A stretch of DNA of 64,000 bases, taken from Latescibacteria bacterium UBA6620 (lineage in GTDB: Bacteria; Latescibacterota; UBA2968). Below, in pieces: positions 1 through 8,540 of this stretch. The translations under genes were made by a program, and so were the position numbers. A model generated the notes under the pieces. The model did no database searches. It had not been told where the DNA came from and saw only the letters and a list, made by a program, of their open reading frames with translations. How positions within the stretch are numbered: position 1 is the stretch's first letter; each line of letters starts with the position of its first letter. The stretch is from assembly GCA_002433075.1 (NCBI GenBank), contig DJHM01000038.1:4075-68074 (forward strand), read 5' to 3'.

Positions 1-739
1 TGTAGCACTCGGCGATGTAATCCTCATCATCGACAATCGGGGGCGTGATGTAGGCCGGGTTGTCGACGACCTCGCGCACTCGACGTCGTCGGTTCTCGCG
101 ATCGATCTCGTCCGTATGGAAGATCAGGGTCGGATCGGTGAAGGACTCAAAATCCTCGCTTGTCGAAAGCCAGACCGAGCGGCCCCATTCGGTGGGCTGT
201 TTGACGAACGCTAGGAACCGTCCGGACTCCCGATCGTGTGTAAACTGAGACTCGTCCTGACTGGGAATCGGCGGGGTATCGATCATCGTCCAGTGGAAAC
301 CGTCGGGGGAAACGGCGGGGTATCGGCTGCTTGCGCTCAGGAGACCCTTGTAACGCCGATTCGGGTCCGGGTCAGTCTCGTCCCTCACACAGTGATACAG
401 CCTGCCGGGACGCTTCTGGCTCGGATCGAAGGCGGCCTGTCCTTCCGGATCGTAGGCGATGTTGTTCTCCTTCGATCCGTTCCATTCGAACAGACCCAGA
501 CTCGGCTTCTCCCAGTGTTCGCCGTCCTCCGAGGTGGCATAGTAGACGTGCCCGCCGAAGTACCACCATTCCCAGAGATTCTTGTCCGAATTCCACTGAG
601 GGCAGGTCCGGCTCTGGATGCCACCGGTGATAACGGGGCCCCACTTCTTCGGCGAGTGCAGCGTTCGGGTCGTACGCGTCTCGGTCTCGATCGCAAAATC
701 GTCGATGAACAGCTGGCGATGTTTTCTGGGGTCGATCAT
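1..739 (-). CDS. beta-propeller glycoside-hydrolase-like protein (GH32/43-clan-like, family unresolved); C-terminus lies outside the window
   Basis: Absent from the ORF track because it runs off the left edge. Manual minus-strand translation from ATG 739-737 is stop-free to base 1: MIDPRKHRQLFIDDFAIE...NLWEWWYFGGHVYYATSEDGEHWEKPSLGLFEWNGSKENNIAYDP...YITPPIVDDEDYIAECY. Track ORFs in 60-884 are Arg/Pro-rich shadow frames. Confidence 0.6.
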   Translation of the reverse strand, partial: MIDPRKHRQLFIDDFAIETETRTTRTLHSPKKWGPVITGGIQSRTCPQWNSDKNLWEWWYFGGHVYYATSEDGEHWEKPSLGLFEWNGSKENNIAYDPEGQAAFDPSQKRPGRLYHCVRDETDPDPNRRYKGLLSASSRYPAVSPDGFHWTMIDTPPIPSQDESQFTHDRESGRFLAFVKQPTEWGRSVWLSTSEDFESFTDPTLIFHTDEIDRENRRRRVREVVDNPAYITPPIVDDEDYIAECY

Positions 740-923
740 CTGGATCTCATCCGGCGGGTCGGCTTCACTCACTCGTGCGATGCAAGATGGGATGGGGAAA
801 GATCCGTCGCAAGCGGAGCGCGGCTGCCGAAACGAAACAAGGGACTACGTCTGTGACGTAATCCCTTCTCCTGTCCGGCGCTGAACGGCGGACTCGCCAG
901 GTCGCCTGGTTACGGCGTGCTCT

Positions 924-1766
924 TCACGAAGACTTCCCGTCCTTCTGCAGACACAGGATACCCCACGTCAGATACCCATCCTGTCCCCCGTCGATCCAGT
1001 GTTGCAGGCCTTTCTTCATCCGGTCGACGTAGTCCGCGCTCACGCGGCCAACGAGGCGCGAGGCCTGGCGTTCCGTTTCCTCCAACACGCGTGTGTAGTG
1101 CCGGACGAGACAGTCCGTCATATCCTCGTAGGTGAACGTGCTGAAGCCAGCCTTCCTCCCGCTTTCGCGATAGAAGGAAGGCGAGCCGAGCGAAGAGAGA
1201 TGGATGCGGTCGAAGATGGGTTGCAGAACACCCGGCGGACAGTCATCAGCCTGCATCGGATCGGTAAACACCAGCTCGCCGTCGGGCCTCAGAACGCGGC
1301 ACGCCTCGGACAGGACACGGTCTCGATCTCCACTGTGGAGGATCGCATCCTGGGACCAGACGACGTCGAACGATACGTCTTCGCACGGGATCGACTCGAA
1401 GCTGCCATCGATCACCTCGATCCGATCGATTCCCTGTTCCTGGTTGAGCTGACGATGGCGCTCGTTTTCGACCTCGCTCAGGTTGAGCGCCGTCACGTGA
1501 CAGCTGAAGGTCCTGTTGAGGTAGCGGGCTGCGCCGCCGTAGCCGGATCCCATATCGAGGACTCGACTGCCCTCGTGCAAGCCTTTCGTGATTCGCCGAG
1601 CAACCTGCTCGACCGTGCGACAGCTCGCCGTCAGGATCGTCTCGTCCGGCTCCAGGTAAATCCCAACGTGGATGTCCTCGCCACCCCAGATCTCGTGGTA
1701 GAACGCATCCGCGTCAGCGCTGTTGTAATACTCTCGCGCCGTCGAGACGGCATCGGAATACGCCAT
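924..1766 (-). CDS. sdmt: sarcosine/dimethylglycine N-methyltransferase (glycine betaine synthesis, steps 2-3)
   Basis: 280 aa ORF. It has SAM-binding motif I (VLDMGSGYGGAARYL) and end-to-end resemblance to SDMT of the Halorhodospira/Aphanothece type. Its start overlaps the upstream GSMT stop (TGATG). Confidence 0.85.
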   Translation of the reverse strand: MAYSDAVSTAREYYNSADADAFYHEIWGGEDIHVGIYLEPDETILTASCRTVEQVARRITKGLHEGSRVLDMGSGYGGAARYLNRTFSCHVTALNLSEVENERHRQLNQEQGIDRIEVIDGSFESIPCEDVSFDVVWSQDAILHSGDRDRVLSEACRVLRPDGELVFTDPMQADDCPPGVLQPIFDRIHLSSLGSPSFYRESGRKAGFSTFTYEDMTDCLVRHYTRVLEETERQASRLVGRVSADYVDRMKKGLQHWIDGGQDGYLTWGILCLQKDGKSS

Positions 1767-2692
1767 CAGGCAGCCCTTTCGACGTATTCCTTCTCCGCGA
1801 CGTGGATGAAAAAGTCCGGTTCATCCTCTTGATACGTTGCCTGAAAATCTCCGTAGGTCGAGGTCTCCTGAAAACCCACCTCCGTCATCAACTGACGGAC
1901 GTAATTCTTCCGGAGGGGGAACATATTCAGGTGATACTTGGAGCCGTCGGGAAACGTGTAACAGAAGCGGGCAAGCCCCTCATCCACGTGCTCGGGCTCG
2001 GCCGTCACGTTTTCGCCGCAGTAGTAGTAAACGTGCTTCGAGCTGAAGCCGTCGTCCAGAATCGCATCGTAGTTCCGGTGATCCAGGATCAGCACCCCGT
2101 CGTGCTTGAGCGCGGCGTAGTACTCCGCGAGCGCCTTCCGTCGATCCCGTTCCCGGGACATATGAGTGAAGGAGTTGCCGAGACAAATCACTGCGTCGAA
2201 CACCCCGTGCACGTCCCGGTTGAGAAATCGCCAGCCCGCCTGAACGGTGCTCAGGATTTCGCCTCGCTTGCGTCCATTCTCGAAGGCCTTGGCAAGCATC
2301 TGGGGACTCCCGTCGGCACTCACGACCTCGAACCCCTCCTGGAGCAGCCGAACGGAATGGAAGCCTGTTCCGGTCGCCACATCGAGGATTCTTCGCGCCC
2401 CCCGCTCCTTGAGATGATCGATAAAGAAGCTGCCTTCACCTTCCGCCCGGCTCTCCCAATCGATCAGCTCGTCCCATTTTTCCACGAACCCAGCGACGTA
2501 TTCTTCCTGGTAGTGGTCCGTCTCCCGCACCGCCACGGGCACGTCGCCGAAGTCCTGGTCCTCCGGGATTCCGAATGGATCCTTCTCCTGCCCCTCCACC
2601 TTTGAAGCGCTCGACACGTGGACATCCTTTCCGGCATTCCGATGTTTGGAGTCCTCATAAGTTTCGCACTCCAGCACGCGCCTGGTTGCCAT
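1766..2692 (-). CDS. gsmt: glycine/sarcosine N-methyltransferase (glycine betaine synthesis, steps 1-2)
   Basis: 308 aa ORF with GNMT-like architecture. Motif I is ILDVATGTGFHSVRLL, and it has the typical C-terminal YYYCGENV...FPDGSKY region. It is translationally coupled to sdmt. Confidence 0.85.
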   Translation of the reverse strand: MATRRVLECETYEDSKHRNAGKDVHVSSASKVEGQEKDPFGIPEDQDFGDVPVAVRETDHYQEEYVAGFVEKWDELIDWESRAEGEGSFFIDHLKERGARRILDVATGTGFHSVRLLQEGFEVVSADGSPQMLAKAFENGRKRGEILSTVQAGWRFLNRDVHGVFDAVICLGNSFTHMSRERDRRKALAEYYAALKHDGVLILDHRNYDAILDDGFSSKHVYYYCGENVTAEPEHVDEGLARFCYTFPDGSKYHLNMFPLRKNYVRQLMTEVGFQETSTYGDFQATYQEDEPDFFIHVAEKEYVERAA

Positions 2693-2762
2693 CTCGTGCT
2701 ATATCTTCTATAACGGATGCCACCCAACGAATGTGTGATCCTGCAACCTCGCAGGTAAATCA

Positions 2763-2792
2763 TTATAAAACAAGAATTTTTGCGCAGAGAAG
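2763..2792 (-). promoter_or_regulatory. candidate sigma70-type promoter of the betaine operon in an AT-rich island
   Basis: Perfect TATAAT on the minus strand (plus 2763-2768) about 65 nt upstream of the GSMT ATG. The -35 is weak (TTCTCT, 18 nt spacer). A 5-bp hairpin (2741-2756) sits at the predicted 5' end. The surrounding 2700-2900 is far more AT-rich than the window. Confidence 0.3.
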
Positions 2793-2922
2793 AATAAATT
2801 TAACTTATGTACCCACCCAGCCTTGCTACACATAACCCGGCTCTCTCGGTGTCCTTCTTTCTTTTCTGCGAACGAAGCGTCTGAAACGATGACCGGCGGC
2901 CACTGATTTCGTGTACACAGAT

Positions 2923-2954
2923 CAGGGGCTTACACGCTCACGTGTAAGCCCCTG
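2923..2954 (-). terminator. hairpin terminator downstream of tRNA-Leu
   Basis: Perfect 14-bp inverted repeat CAGGGGCTTACACG / CGTGTAAGCCCCTG with a 4-nt loop, 17 nt after the tRNA 3' end. Confidence 0.6.
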
Positions 2955-2971
2955 AAGAACCACAATTTATT

Positions 2972-3058
2972 TGGTGCCGAAGAGGAGACTCGAACTCCTA
3001 CGGGCTGACGCCCACTACGCCCTCAACGTAGCGTGTCTACCAATTCCACCACTTCGGC
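2972..3058 (-). tRNA. leuU: tRNA-Leu (anticodon GAG), CCA encoded
   Basis: Reverse complement reads GCCGAAGTGGTGGAATTGGTAGACACGCTACGTTGAGGGCGTAGTGGGCGTCAGCCCGTAGGAGTTCGAGTCTCCTCTTCGGCACCA. It has a 7-bp acceptor, anticodon loop TTGAGGG, a long variable arm and a TTCGAGT T-loop. Confidence 0.9.
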
Positions 3059-3064
3059 ACTAGA

Positions 3065-3460
3065 TCAGTTGGTTGTCGTGTCTGTTGACGCAGGCGTTGT
3101 TGCTTCGGTCGCCGGCGTTGTCGCATCGAGAGGCAGGGGTGCCTCGGGCTGCGTAAGGGGTACCGGGGTGCCCTGCTGTTGCAGCATTTTTTCCGCAGCG
3201 GTCTCGGGCAGCGACTCGCCCGTCCGAGCGGTGTACCACAGCCCCACGCAAGTGGCGAAGAACAATACCCCCGAATAGGTCGTCACTTTGGTCAGAAACG
3301 TGGCCGCGCCACCGCCACCGAAAAGCTGGCTGCCGCCTCCGCCGCCCATTCCGCCGAACGCTCCTCCCGCGAGGCCGCCACCGCGCCCAGCCTGCATCAG
3401 AATGGAGACGATCATGACCACACAGACCAGGATGTGCACACCTAAGAGAAGATAATACAT
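3065..3460 (-). CDS. secG: preprotein translocase subunit SecG (with Thr/Pro-rich C-terminal tail)
   Basis: Internal Met of ORF 3065..3532: MYYLLLGVHILVCVVMIVSILMQAGRGGGLAGGAFGG...LTKVTTYSGVLFFATCVGLW. This is the two-TM, Gly-rich-loop pattern of SecG. A start at 3460 avoids overlap with tpiA. Confidence 0.85.
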   Translation of the reverse strand: MYYLLLGVHILVCVVMIVSILMQAGRGGGLAGGAFGGMGGGGGSQLFGGGGAATFLTKVTTYSGVLFFATCVGLWYTARTGESLPETAAEKMLQQQGTPVPLTQPEAPLPLDATTPATEATTPASTDTTTN

Positions 3461-3470
3461 AGCGAAAACC

Positions 3471-4235
3471 TCAACTCTCTGCTGCCTTGACGATGGCGGC
3501 AAATGAATCGGCCTCGAGCGAAGCCCCACCAATCAGCCCACCATCGATGTCCGGTTTGGAAAACAGTTCTACCGCATTGTCGGGCTTCACGGAGCCACCG
3601 TACTGAATCCGAACCCCGTCTGCCGTCGACTGGCCAGCCAATCCGGCCAGCTCACCGCGAATCTGAGCGTGAACTTCCTCAGCCTGCTCGGGCGTCGCCG
3701 TCAATCCTGTTCCGATGGCCCAGACAGGCTCGTAGGCCATTACGATTCTCGCGACGTCATCTGACCCGATTCCTTCGAGCGCGCCGTTGACTTGAGCGCT
3801 TATCACGCGGGCCGTCGTACCACTCTCTCGTTCGCTTTGGGACTCGCCGACACAAACAATCGGCGTCAGGCCGGCCTCGATGGCCGCTCTCAAACGCCGA
3901 TTCACGGTTTCATCCGTCTCGCCGAAGAATTGCCGACGCTCCGAATGACCTAATATAACGTGGCTGCATCCGGCGGTCAACAGCATCGCCGTTGAGATCT
4001 CGCCCGTGTAGGCGCCTTCGGACTCCCAGTGTACGTTCTGACCCCCCACCTCGATATTCGTCCCCGCAACAGCTGCTGACACACGATCGAGCCCCGTGAA
4101 CGTCGGGCAGACAACCACATCGACATCGTCCACTCCGCTCACCACACCCGCAACTTCCCGGGCGAGGGACTCCGACTCGTCCACCGTTTTGTTCATCTTC
4201 CAGTTACCGGCCACGATGGGTCGTCTGTTACTCAT
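3471..4235 (-). CDS. tpiA: triosephosphate isomerase
   Basis: 254 aa with IVAGNWKMNKT, ILGHSERR and AYEPVWAIGTG motifs. Confidence 0.95.
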   Translation of the reverse strand: MSNRRPIVAGNWKMNKTVDESESLAREVAGVVSGVDDVDVVVCPTFTGLDRVSAAVAGTNIEVGGQNVHWESEGAYTGEISTAMLLTAGCSHVILGHSERRQFFGETDETVNRRLRAAIEAGLTPIVCVGESQSERESGTTARVISAQVNGALEGIGSDDVARIVMAYEPVWAIGTGLTATPEQAEEVHAQIRGELAGLAGQSTADGVRIQYGGSVKPDNAVELFSKPDIDGGLIGGASLEADSFAAIVKAAES

Positions 4236-4268
4236 CGGGATTCCCTTCTGTCGGGAAAAATGAAAGAA

Positions 4269-5465
4269 TCAGTTGGCATAGGACAGCGCCTCGACACCGG
4301 GAAGCGCCTTTCCCTCAAGAAACTCGAGCGAGGCCCCTCCACCGGTGGAAACGTGGCTGATCCGGTCCTGCAGTCCCAGGTCAACCACAGCAGCGGCGGT
4401 TTCGCCTCCGCCCACGACGGTCGTCGCTCCGTTGTCGGTTGCCTCCGCCATCGCCCGGGCTACAGCTTTGGTCCCATTCGAGAACGGCGTCATCTCGAAG
4501 ACCCCCATCGGGCCGTTCCAGACCACGGTCCTGGCCTTTCCTATCCATTCGCCGAACAATGCCTGCGTCTCGGGCCCGATATCTGCCGCTTCCTGGTCCA
4601 CGGGGATCGAGGCACGGTCGACGACAGCTGTGACCGCATCCTCCGACAGGCCCGTCGCCACCACAGAGTCGACAGGCAGCACCAGGTCGATGCCCGCCTT
4701 CTCCGCCTCGCCCACAATCTCTTCAGCCACGGCCATCCGGTCCTCTTCCAGCAGGGAACGTCCGATCTCCAGACCCATCACCTTGAAGAAGGTGTAGGCC
4801 ATCCCACCCCCGATCAGGAGCGCATCGACCTTCGTCATCAGCTGGCTGATCACGTCGATTTTTCCCGAGACCTTCGCGCCTCCCATCACCGCCACGAATG
4901 GCTTCTCCGGGTCCGACAGGGCGCCGTCCAGATACTCGAGTTCTTTCTGCATCAGCAGACCTGCTGCACACGTCGCGAAGTGATGCGTGAGGCCTTCTGT
5001 CGAGGCGTGCGCCCGGTGAGCGGTCCCGAACGCGTCGTTCACGAAGAGGTCTGCGAAAGCAGCAAACTCCATCGCAAATGCCGGGTTGTTGTCCTCTTCT
5101 TCAGGGTGAAACCGAAGGTTCTCGAGGATCAGCACTTCGTTCGCGGACTGGGCCTTCGTAGCAGCCCTGGCCACATCACCCACGCACTCGGGCACGAACC
5201 GGACCGGTTCATCGATCAGGCCGTCGAGAATCTCTGCGACCGGTTCCAGGGAGAGAGCGTCGACACGTTCCCCTCCCGGCCTTCCCAGATGGGAGATCAA
5301 GACAGGTCGTCCACCCTGGTCCAGGATGTAGCGAATCGTCGGAAGAGATGCGAGAAGGCGGGTATCGTCCTGCACGACGCCTTCGTCGAGCGGAACGTTG
5401 AAATCGACACGAACAAGGACCTGCCTGCCCGACAGATCCACATCTTTGATCGACAGCTTGGACAC
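4269..5465 (-). CDS. pgk: phosphoglycerate kinase
   Basis: 398 aa with VRVDFNVPL near the N-terminus and a C-terminal STGGGASLEFLEGK motif. Confidence 0.95.
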   Translation of the reverse strand: MSKLSIKDVDLSGRQVLVRVDFNVPLDEGVVQDDTRLLASLPTIRYILDQGGRPVLISHLGRPGGERVDALSLEPVAEILDGLIDEPVRFVPECVGDVARAATKAQSANEVLILENLRFHPEEEDNNPAFAMEFAAFADLFVNDAFGTAHRAHASTEGLTHHFATCAAGLLMQKELEYLDGALSDPEKPFVAVMGGAKVSGKIDVISQLMTKVDALLIGGGMAYTFFKVMGLEIGRSLLEEDRMAVAEEIVGEAEKAGIDLVLPVDSVVATGLSEDAVTAVVDRASIPVDQEAADIGPETQALFGEWIGKARTVVWNGPMGVFEMTPFSNGTKAVARAMAEATDNGATTVVGGGETAAAVVDLGLQDRISHVSTGGGASLEFLEGKALPGVEALSYAN

Positions 5466-6458
5466 TTAACTCGCGATTTTCCTGACGAGATCAATACAAC
5501 GATTGGAATAGCCCCATTCGTTGTCATACCACCCGCAGACTTTCACGAGGTTGCCTTCCATAACGGCCGTGATCTGGGCATCGAAGATGCAGGAGTGCGG
5601 GTTCCCGATAACGTCGGCAGACACGATCGGATCTTCCGTGTACTCCAGAATGCCCTTCAACGAGCCTTCCGCATTCGACCTGAAGGCCTCGTTGACGGCT
5701 GCGACGGATGTTGCCGTCTTCAGGGTTGCGACGAAGTCCGTGAAGGACCCATCCGGCGTGGGGATGCGGACTGCCATCCCGTCCAGTTTCCCGTTCAATT
5801 CGGGAATCACCTTGCCCACGGCACTCGCAGCCCCCGTCGTTGTTGGAATCATCGACACAGCTGCGGACCGAGCCCTTCGTAGATCCTCGTGCGGTGCGTC
5901 AAGCACCCGCTGGTCCCCCGTGTAGGAATGGATCGTCGTCATCAGCCCGCGCTCCACCCCGAAGGCGTCGTTCAAGGTCTTGACCATCGGGGCGAGACAA
6001 TTCGTCGTGCAGGAAGCGTTGGACATCACCGTATCGTCGTCGGACAGCGTATCGTCGTTGATTCCGAAGACAACCGTGGGCAGGTCTCCTTTTCCGGGCG
6101 CCGAGATGATCACCTTCCGGGCGCCCCCCTTGAGGTGCTGTGAAGCTCCATCTTTGCTCGTGAAGAAACCCGTCGACTCGATCACGATCTCCACGCCCTG
6201 GTCACCCCAGGCCAGGTTACCAGGGTCACGTTCGGAGAAAACCTTGACCTTCTTGCCGTCGACGAGCAGGGCCCCATCGGCAGCCTCGACACATCCGGGA
6301 TATCGTCCGTGCGTCGAGTCGTACTTGAGCAGGTGGGCCAGTGTCGCTTCGTCAGTCAGGTCGTTAATTGCGGCAACTTCAATGCCCTGCGACTGCGCCG
6401 CACGGTAGACCAGCCGACCGATTCGGCCGAACCCGTTGATCCCAATCCTTACTGCCAT
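5466..6458 (-). CDS. gap: type I glyceraldehyde-3-phosphate dehydrogenase
   Basis: MAVRIGINGFGRIGR start (internal Met of ORF 5466..6491) and the active-site SNASCTTNC motif. It abuts the pgk start. Confidence 0.95.
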   Translation of the reverse strand: MAVRIGINGFGRIGRLVYRAAQSQGIEVAAINDLTDEATLAHLLKYDSTHGRYPGCVEAADGALLVDGKKVKVFSERDPGNLAWGDQGVEIVIESTGFFTSKDGASQHLKGGARKVIISAPGKGDLPTVVFGINDDTLSDDDTVMSNASCTTNCLAPMVKTLNDAFGVERGLMTTIHSYTGDQRVLDAPHEDLRRARSAAVSMIPTTTGAASAVGKVIPELNGKLDGMAVRIPTPDGSFTDFVATLKTATSVAAVNEAFRSNAEGSLKGILEYTEDPIVSADVIGNPHSCIFDAQITAVMEGNLVKVCGWYDNEWGYSNRCIDLVRKIAS

Positions 6459-6497
6459 CTGGTCCTCCTCATTCCACTCCCCCCTCACCACCGGCGC

Positions 6498-7541
6498 TCA
6501 CCCGAAGAAGACTTTTGCGATATCGTAGAGTCCCATATCGACGGTGCGATTCTTCGATACGGCGTCCTTGATTTCGACAGGCACGATCTCCGTGCCCCGG
6601 AGCGCAACCATCTTTCCAAAGTCGCCCTGAGCAACCAGGTCGATCGCCGCGATGCCGAAACGCGTACCAAGCACGCGGTCGAATGCGGTGGGGCTTCCCC
6701 CCCGTTGAATGTGTCCGAGCACGGTCACTCGTGTTTCGTAGCCTGTTTCCTTTTCGATCTGCTCACCCAGGACATTCCCGATTCCGCCAAGCCGAACGTG
6801 ACCGAAGGCGTCCCTCTCGTCCGACTGGAGCACCATACTGTCATCGGCGAGCTTTGCTCCTTCGGCGACGACGATGATGCTGAACGTCTTGCCTCGTTCG
6901 TGGCGGAGCCGAATCACGTCGCAGACATCCTGAAGCCGGAACGGCTCCTCTGGAATCAACACAACGTCAGCACCACCGGCGATCCCGGACTCGACCGCAA
7001 TCCACCCTGCGTGACGCCCCATCACTTCACACACCATCACCCGGTTGTGAGACTCCGCCGTTGTGTGGAGTCGATCCACCGCCTCCATCACGACGTTGAT
7101 TGCCGTGTCGAACCCGAACGTCTGGTCGGTGCCGTCGAGATCGTTGTCGATTGTCTTGGGCACACCGACCACTTTGACCCCGTCCTCGTAGAGCTGGGAT
7201 GCCACACCGATCGTGTCGTCCCCACCCACCGCGATCAGCGCATCCAGCCCGAGGCGGGCCATATTGTCCTTCACCGTCAATTCGCCCTTTTCTTCGCTGA
7301 ACGGGTTCGTCCGCGAGGTCCCCAGGATGGTTCCGCCTTTCGGCAGGATGCCCGAAACCTCCTTCAGATCGAGCGGCTTGTAGAGCCCTTCCATCATCCC
7401 CCGCCAGCCCTCGAGGATGCCGATGATTTCCATATCGTAAACGTCGATCCCTTTACGGGCGACAGCTCGTATCACAGCATTGAGCCCGGGACAATCTCCT
7501 CCGCCTGTCAGAATCCCCACGCGTCGAGCAGACATATGCAT
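6498..7541 (-). CDS. pfp: 6-phosphofructokinase, predicted pyrophosphate-dependent type
   Basis: 347 aa with GILTGGGDCPGLNAVIR and MGRHAGWIA. GGDD replaces GGDG and PKTIDND replaces PGTIDND, the two residue switches associated with PPi rather than ATP use. Confidence 0.85.
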   Translation of the reverse strand: MHMSARRVGILTGGGDCPGLNAVIRAVARKGIDVYDMEIIGILEGWRGMMEGLYKPLDLKEVSGILPKGGTILGTSRTNPFSEEKGELTVKDNMARLGLDALIAVGGDDTIGVASQLYEDGVKVVGVPKTIDNDLDGTDQTFGFDTAINVVMEAVDRLHTTAESHNRVMVCEVMGRHAGWIAVESGIAGGADVVLIPEEPFRLQDVCDVIRLRHERGKTFSIIVVAEGAKLADDSMVLQSDERDAFGHVRLGGIGNVLGEQIEKETGYETRVTVLGHIQRGGSPTAFDRVLGTRFGIAAIDLVAQGDFGKMVALRGTEIVPVEIKDAVSKNRTVDMGLYDIAKVFFG

Positions 7542-7632
7542 TCCTCGCGTTTGCAGCTGGATGATTACCCCGCCTTATACCGGGCAAGGGTCCCACTCCA
7601 TCGCCACTCGTTTTTTCGCAGCAACCAAGAAA

Positions 7633-7659
7633 AGTATACAGGCACCTTTATCGTGTCAA
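7633..7659 (-). promoter_or_regulatory. candidate sigma70 promoter for pfk
   Basis: Minus strand reads TTGACA (7659-7654), a 15-nt spacer, then TATACT (7638-7633), about 90 nt upstream of the pfk ATG. The spacer is short, so this is tentative. Confidence 0.3.
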
Positions 7660-7972
7660 GTTTCACGGACAGGCTCAGGGTACCAAAGTGTTTGTTTCAA
7701 AAGCACTTCAGTGACTACGGGGGGGCGTGAACAGGTGAGAAAAAGGACGTTTTCGACCGGGATCAGGATGGACCTGTTTGAGGAACTAATGGAAAAAGGA
7801 TACCTGATGAATCGGCCTGTCCCTCCGGCTGACTTCCCAACCCGGATATCGGTTCCCTCCAGGTGCGGGCCTCAGCCGGAAGCCGAATCTGACACTTATC
7901 GAGCCCGATTCTCCCAACCGTCCGGTAACCTACGGGTTGCAAGACGCCGAACCGATCGATGGGCCCTCGCAG

Positions 7973-8086
7973 TCAGACCTGGTCCTCCCCATAGGGACAG
8001 GCTATAGCCATCACATCCGCCGAGGATGCCCCGGCCACGAGAAGCGCCTCCACGCAGGCGTTGACCGTTGCCCCCGTCGTGACGAG
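7973..8086 (-). pseudogene. comF: detached 3' fragment of comF (ComFC-type phosphoribosyltransferase C-terminus)
   Basis: Manual translation gives ...ALVTTGATVNACVEALLVAGASSADVMAIACPYGEDQV*. This is exactly the TTGAT-to-end segment missing from the comF ORF at 10033-10743, on the same strand about 1.95 kb downstream. Confidence 0.6.
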
Positions 8087-8185
8087 CGCACCACAAACTT
8101 TCCGAGCCAAATCAGCGTTAACACGAATGTTCTGATAAATCGAGAAATTTCAGGTATTTCGAGAGGGGAACTGAAATAGGTAGGA

Positions 8186-8400
8186 CGTTGATGCTTCAGG
8201 GTTTAGAACAATCACCCCCCCTTGCGTCCGTACAAAGGGGGCTTCTCGGCTCCCGACCCAGACGGTCACTAGGTCGGGTAGAACCCGATAACGTAAGTTG
8301 GGGTGGCTTACCCACCGGGCAACCCGGTTTAGGCCACCCACGGCTCTGCAAACCCGATTCAATTGTCGCGAGGGCATGACGCGGGAAGCAGGCGAAATCA
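8186..8400. ncRNA. candidate structured RNA / element-end structure (family unassigned)
   Basis: Consecutive strong helices: 8217-8241 (7 bp); 8252-8278 (CCCGACC/GGTCGGG), which is mutually exclusive with 8274-8288 (TCGGGT/ACCCGA); and 8301-8339 (GGGTGGC/GCCACCC) enclosing 8314-8328 (ACCGGG/CCCGGT). No convincing ORF on either strand. Confidence 0.2.
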
Positions 8401-8514
8401 CATTCCAGTAACTGCGTGCGCTATGCTTGTGAACTCCTTCATCAATTTGTTATGCCATTGATAGGCATCCGGGATATTCCACAGGGCAGGCTCAGTTCTG
8501 GGTCAAGTAGGAAT

Positions 8515-8540
8515 GCCCCCTGCCTGGGAAAGCAGGGGGC
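8515..8540. terminator. GC-rich hairpin (possible terminator downstream of the 158-aa gene)
   Basis: GCCCCCTGC / GCAGGGGGC, 9-bp perfect stem with an 8-nt loop. No clear U-tract on either strand. Confidence 0.3.

Noticed and set aside
2693-2762. SAM or SAH riboswitch in the leader of the methyltransferase operon.
   Set aside because: The leader is only about 65 nt with a single 5-bp hairpin. None of the conserved cores of SAM-I, SAM-II or SAH elements that I can recall are present.
4260-7730. Very long plus-strand ORFs (4260..5882, 540 aa; 6309..7730, 473 aa). Similar giants occur elsewhere: 31709..32989, 39057..40100, 61151..62230, 55126..55965 and 19200..19949.
   Set aside because: They lie antisense to genes with unmistakable conserved motifs (pgk, gap, pfk, polX, korA, dehydratase, fbaB, rSAM). 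Their translations are Arg/Pro/Gly/His-rich with no domain signatures. These are typical shadow ORFs of GC-rich DNA.
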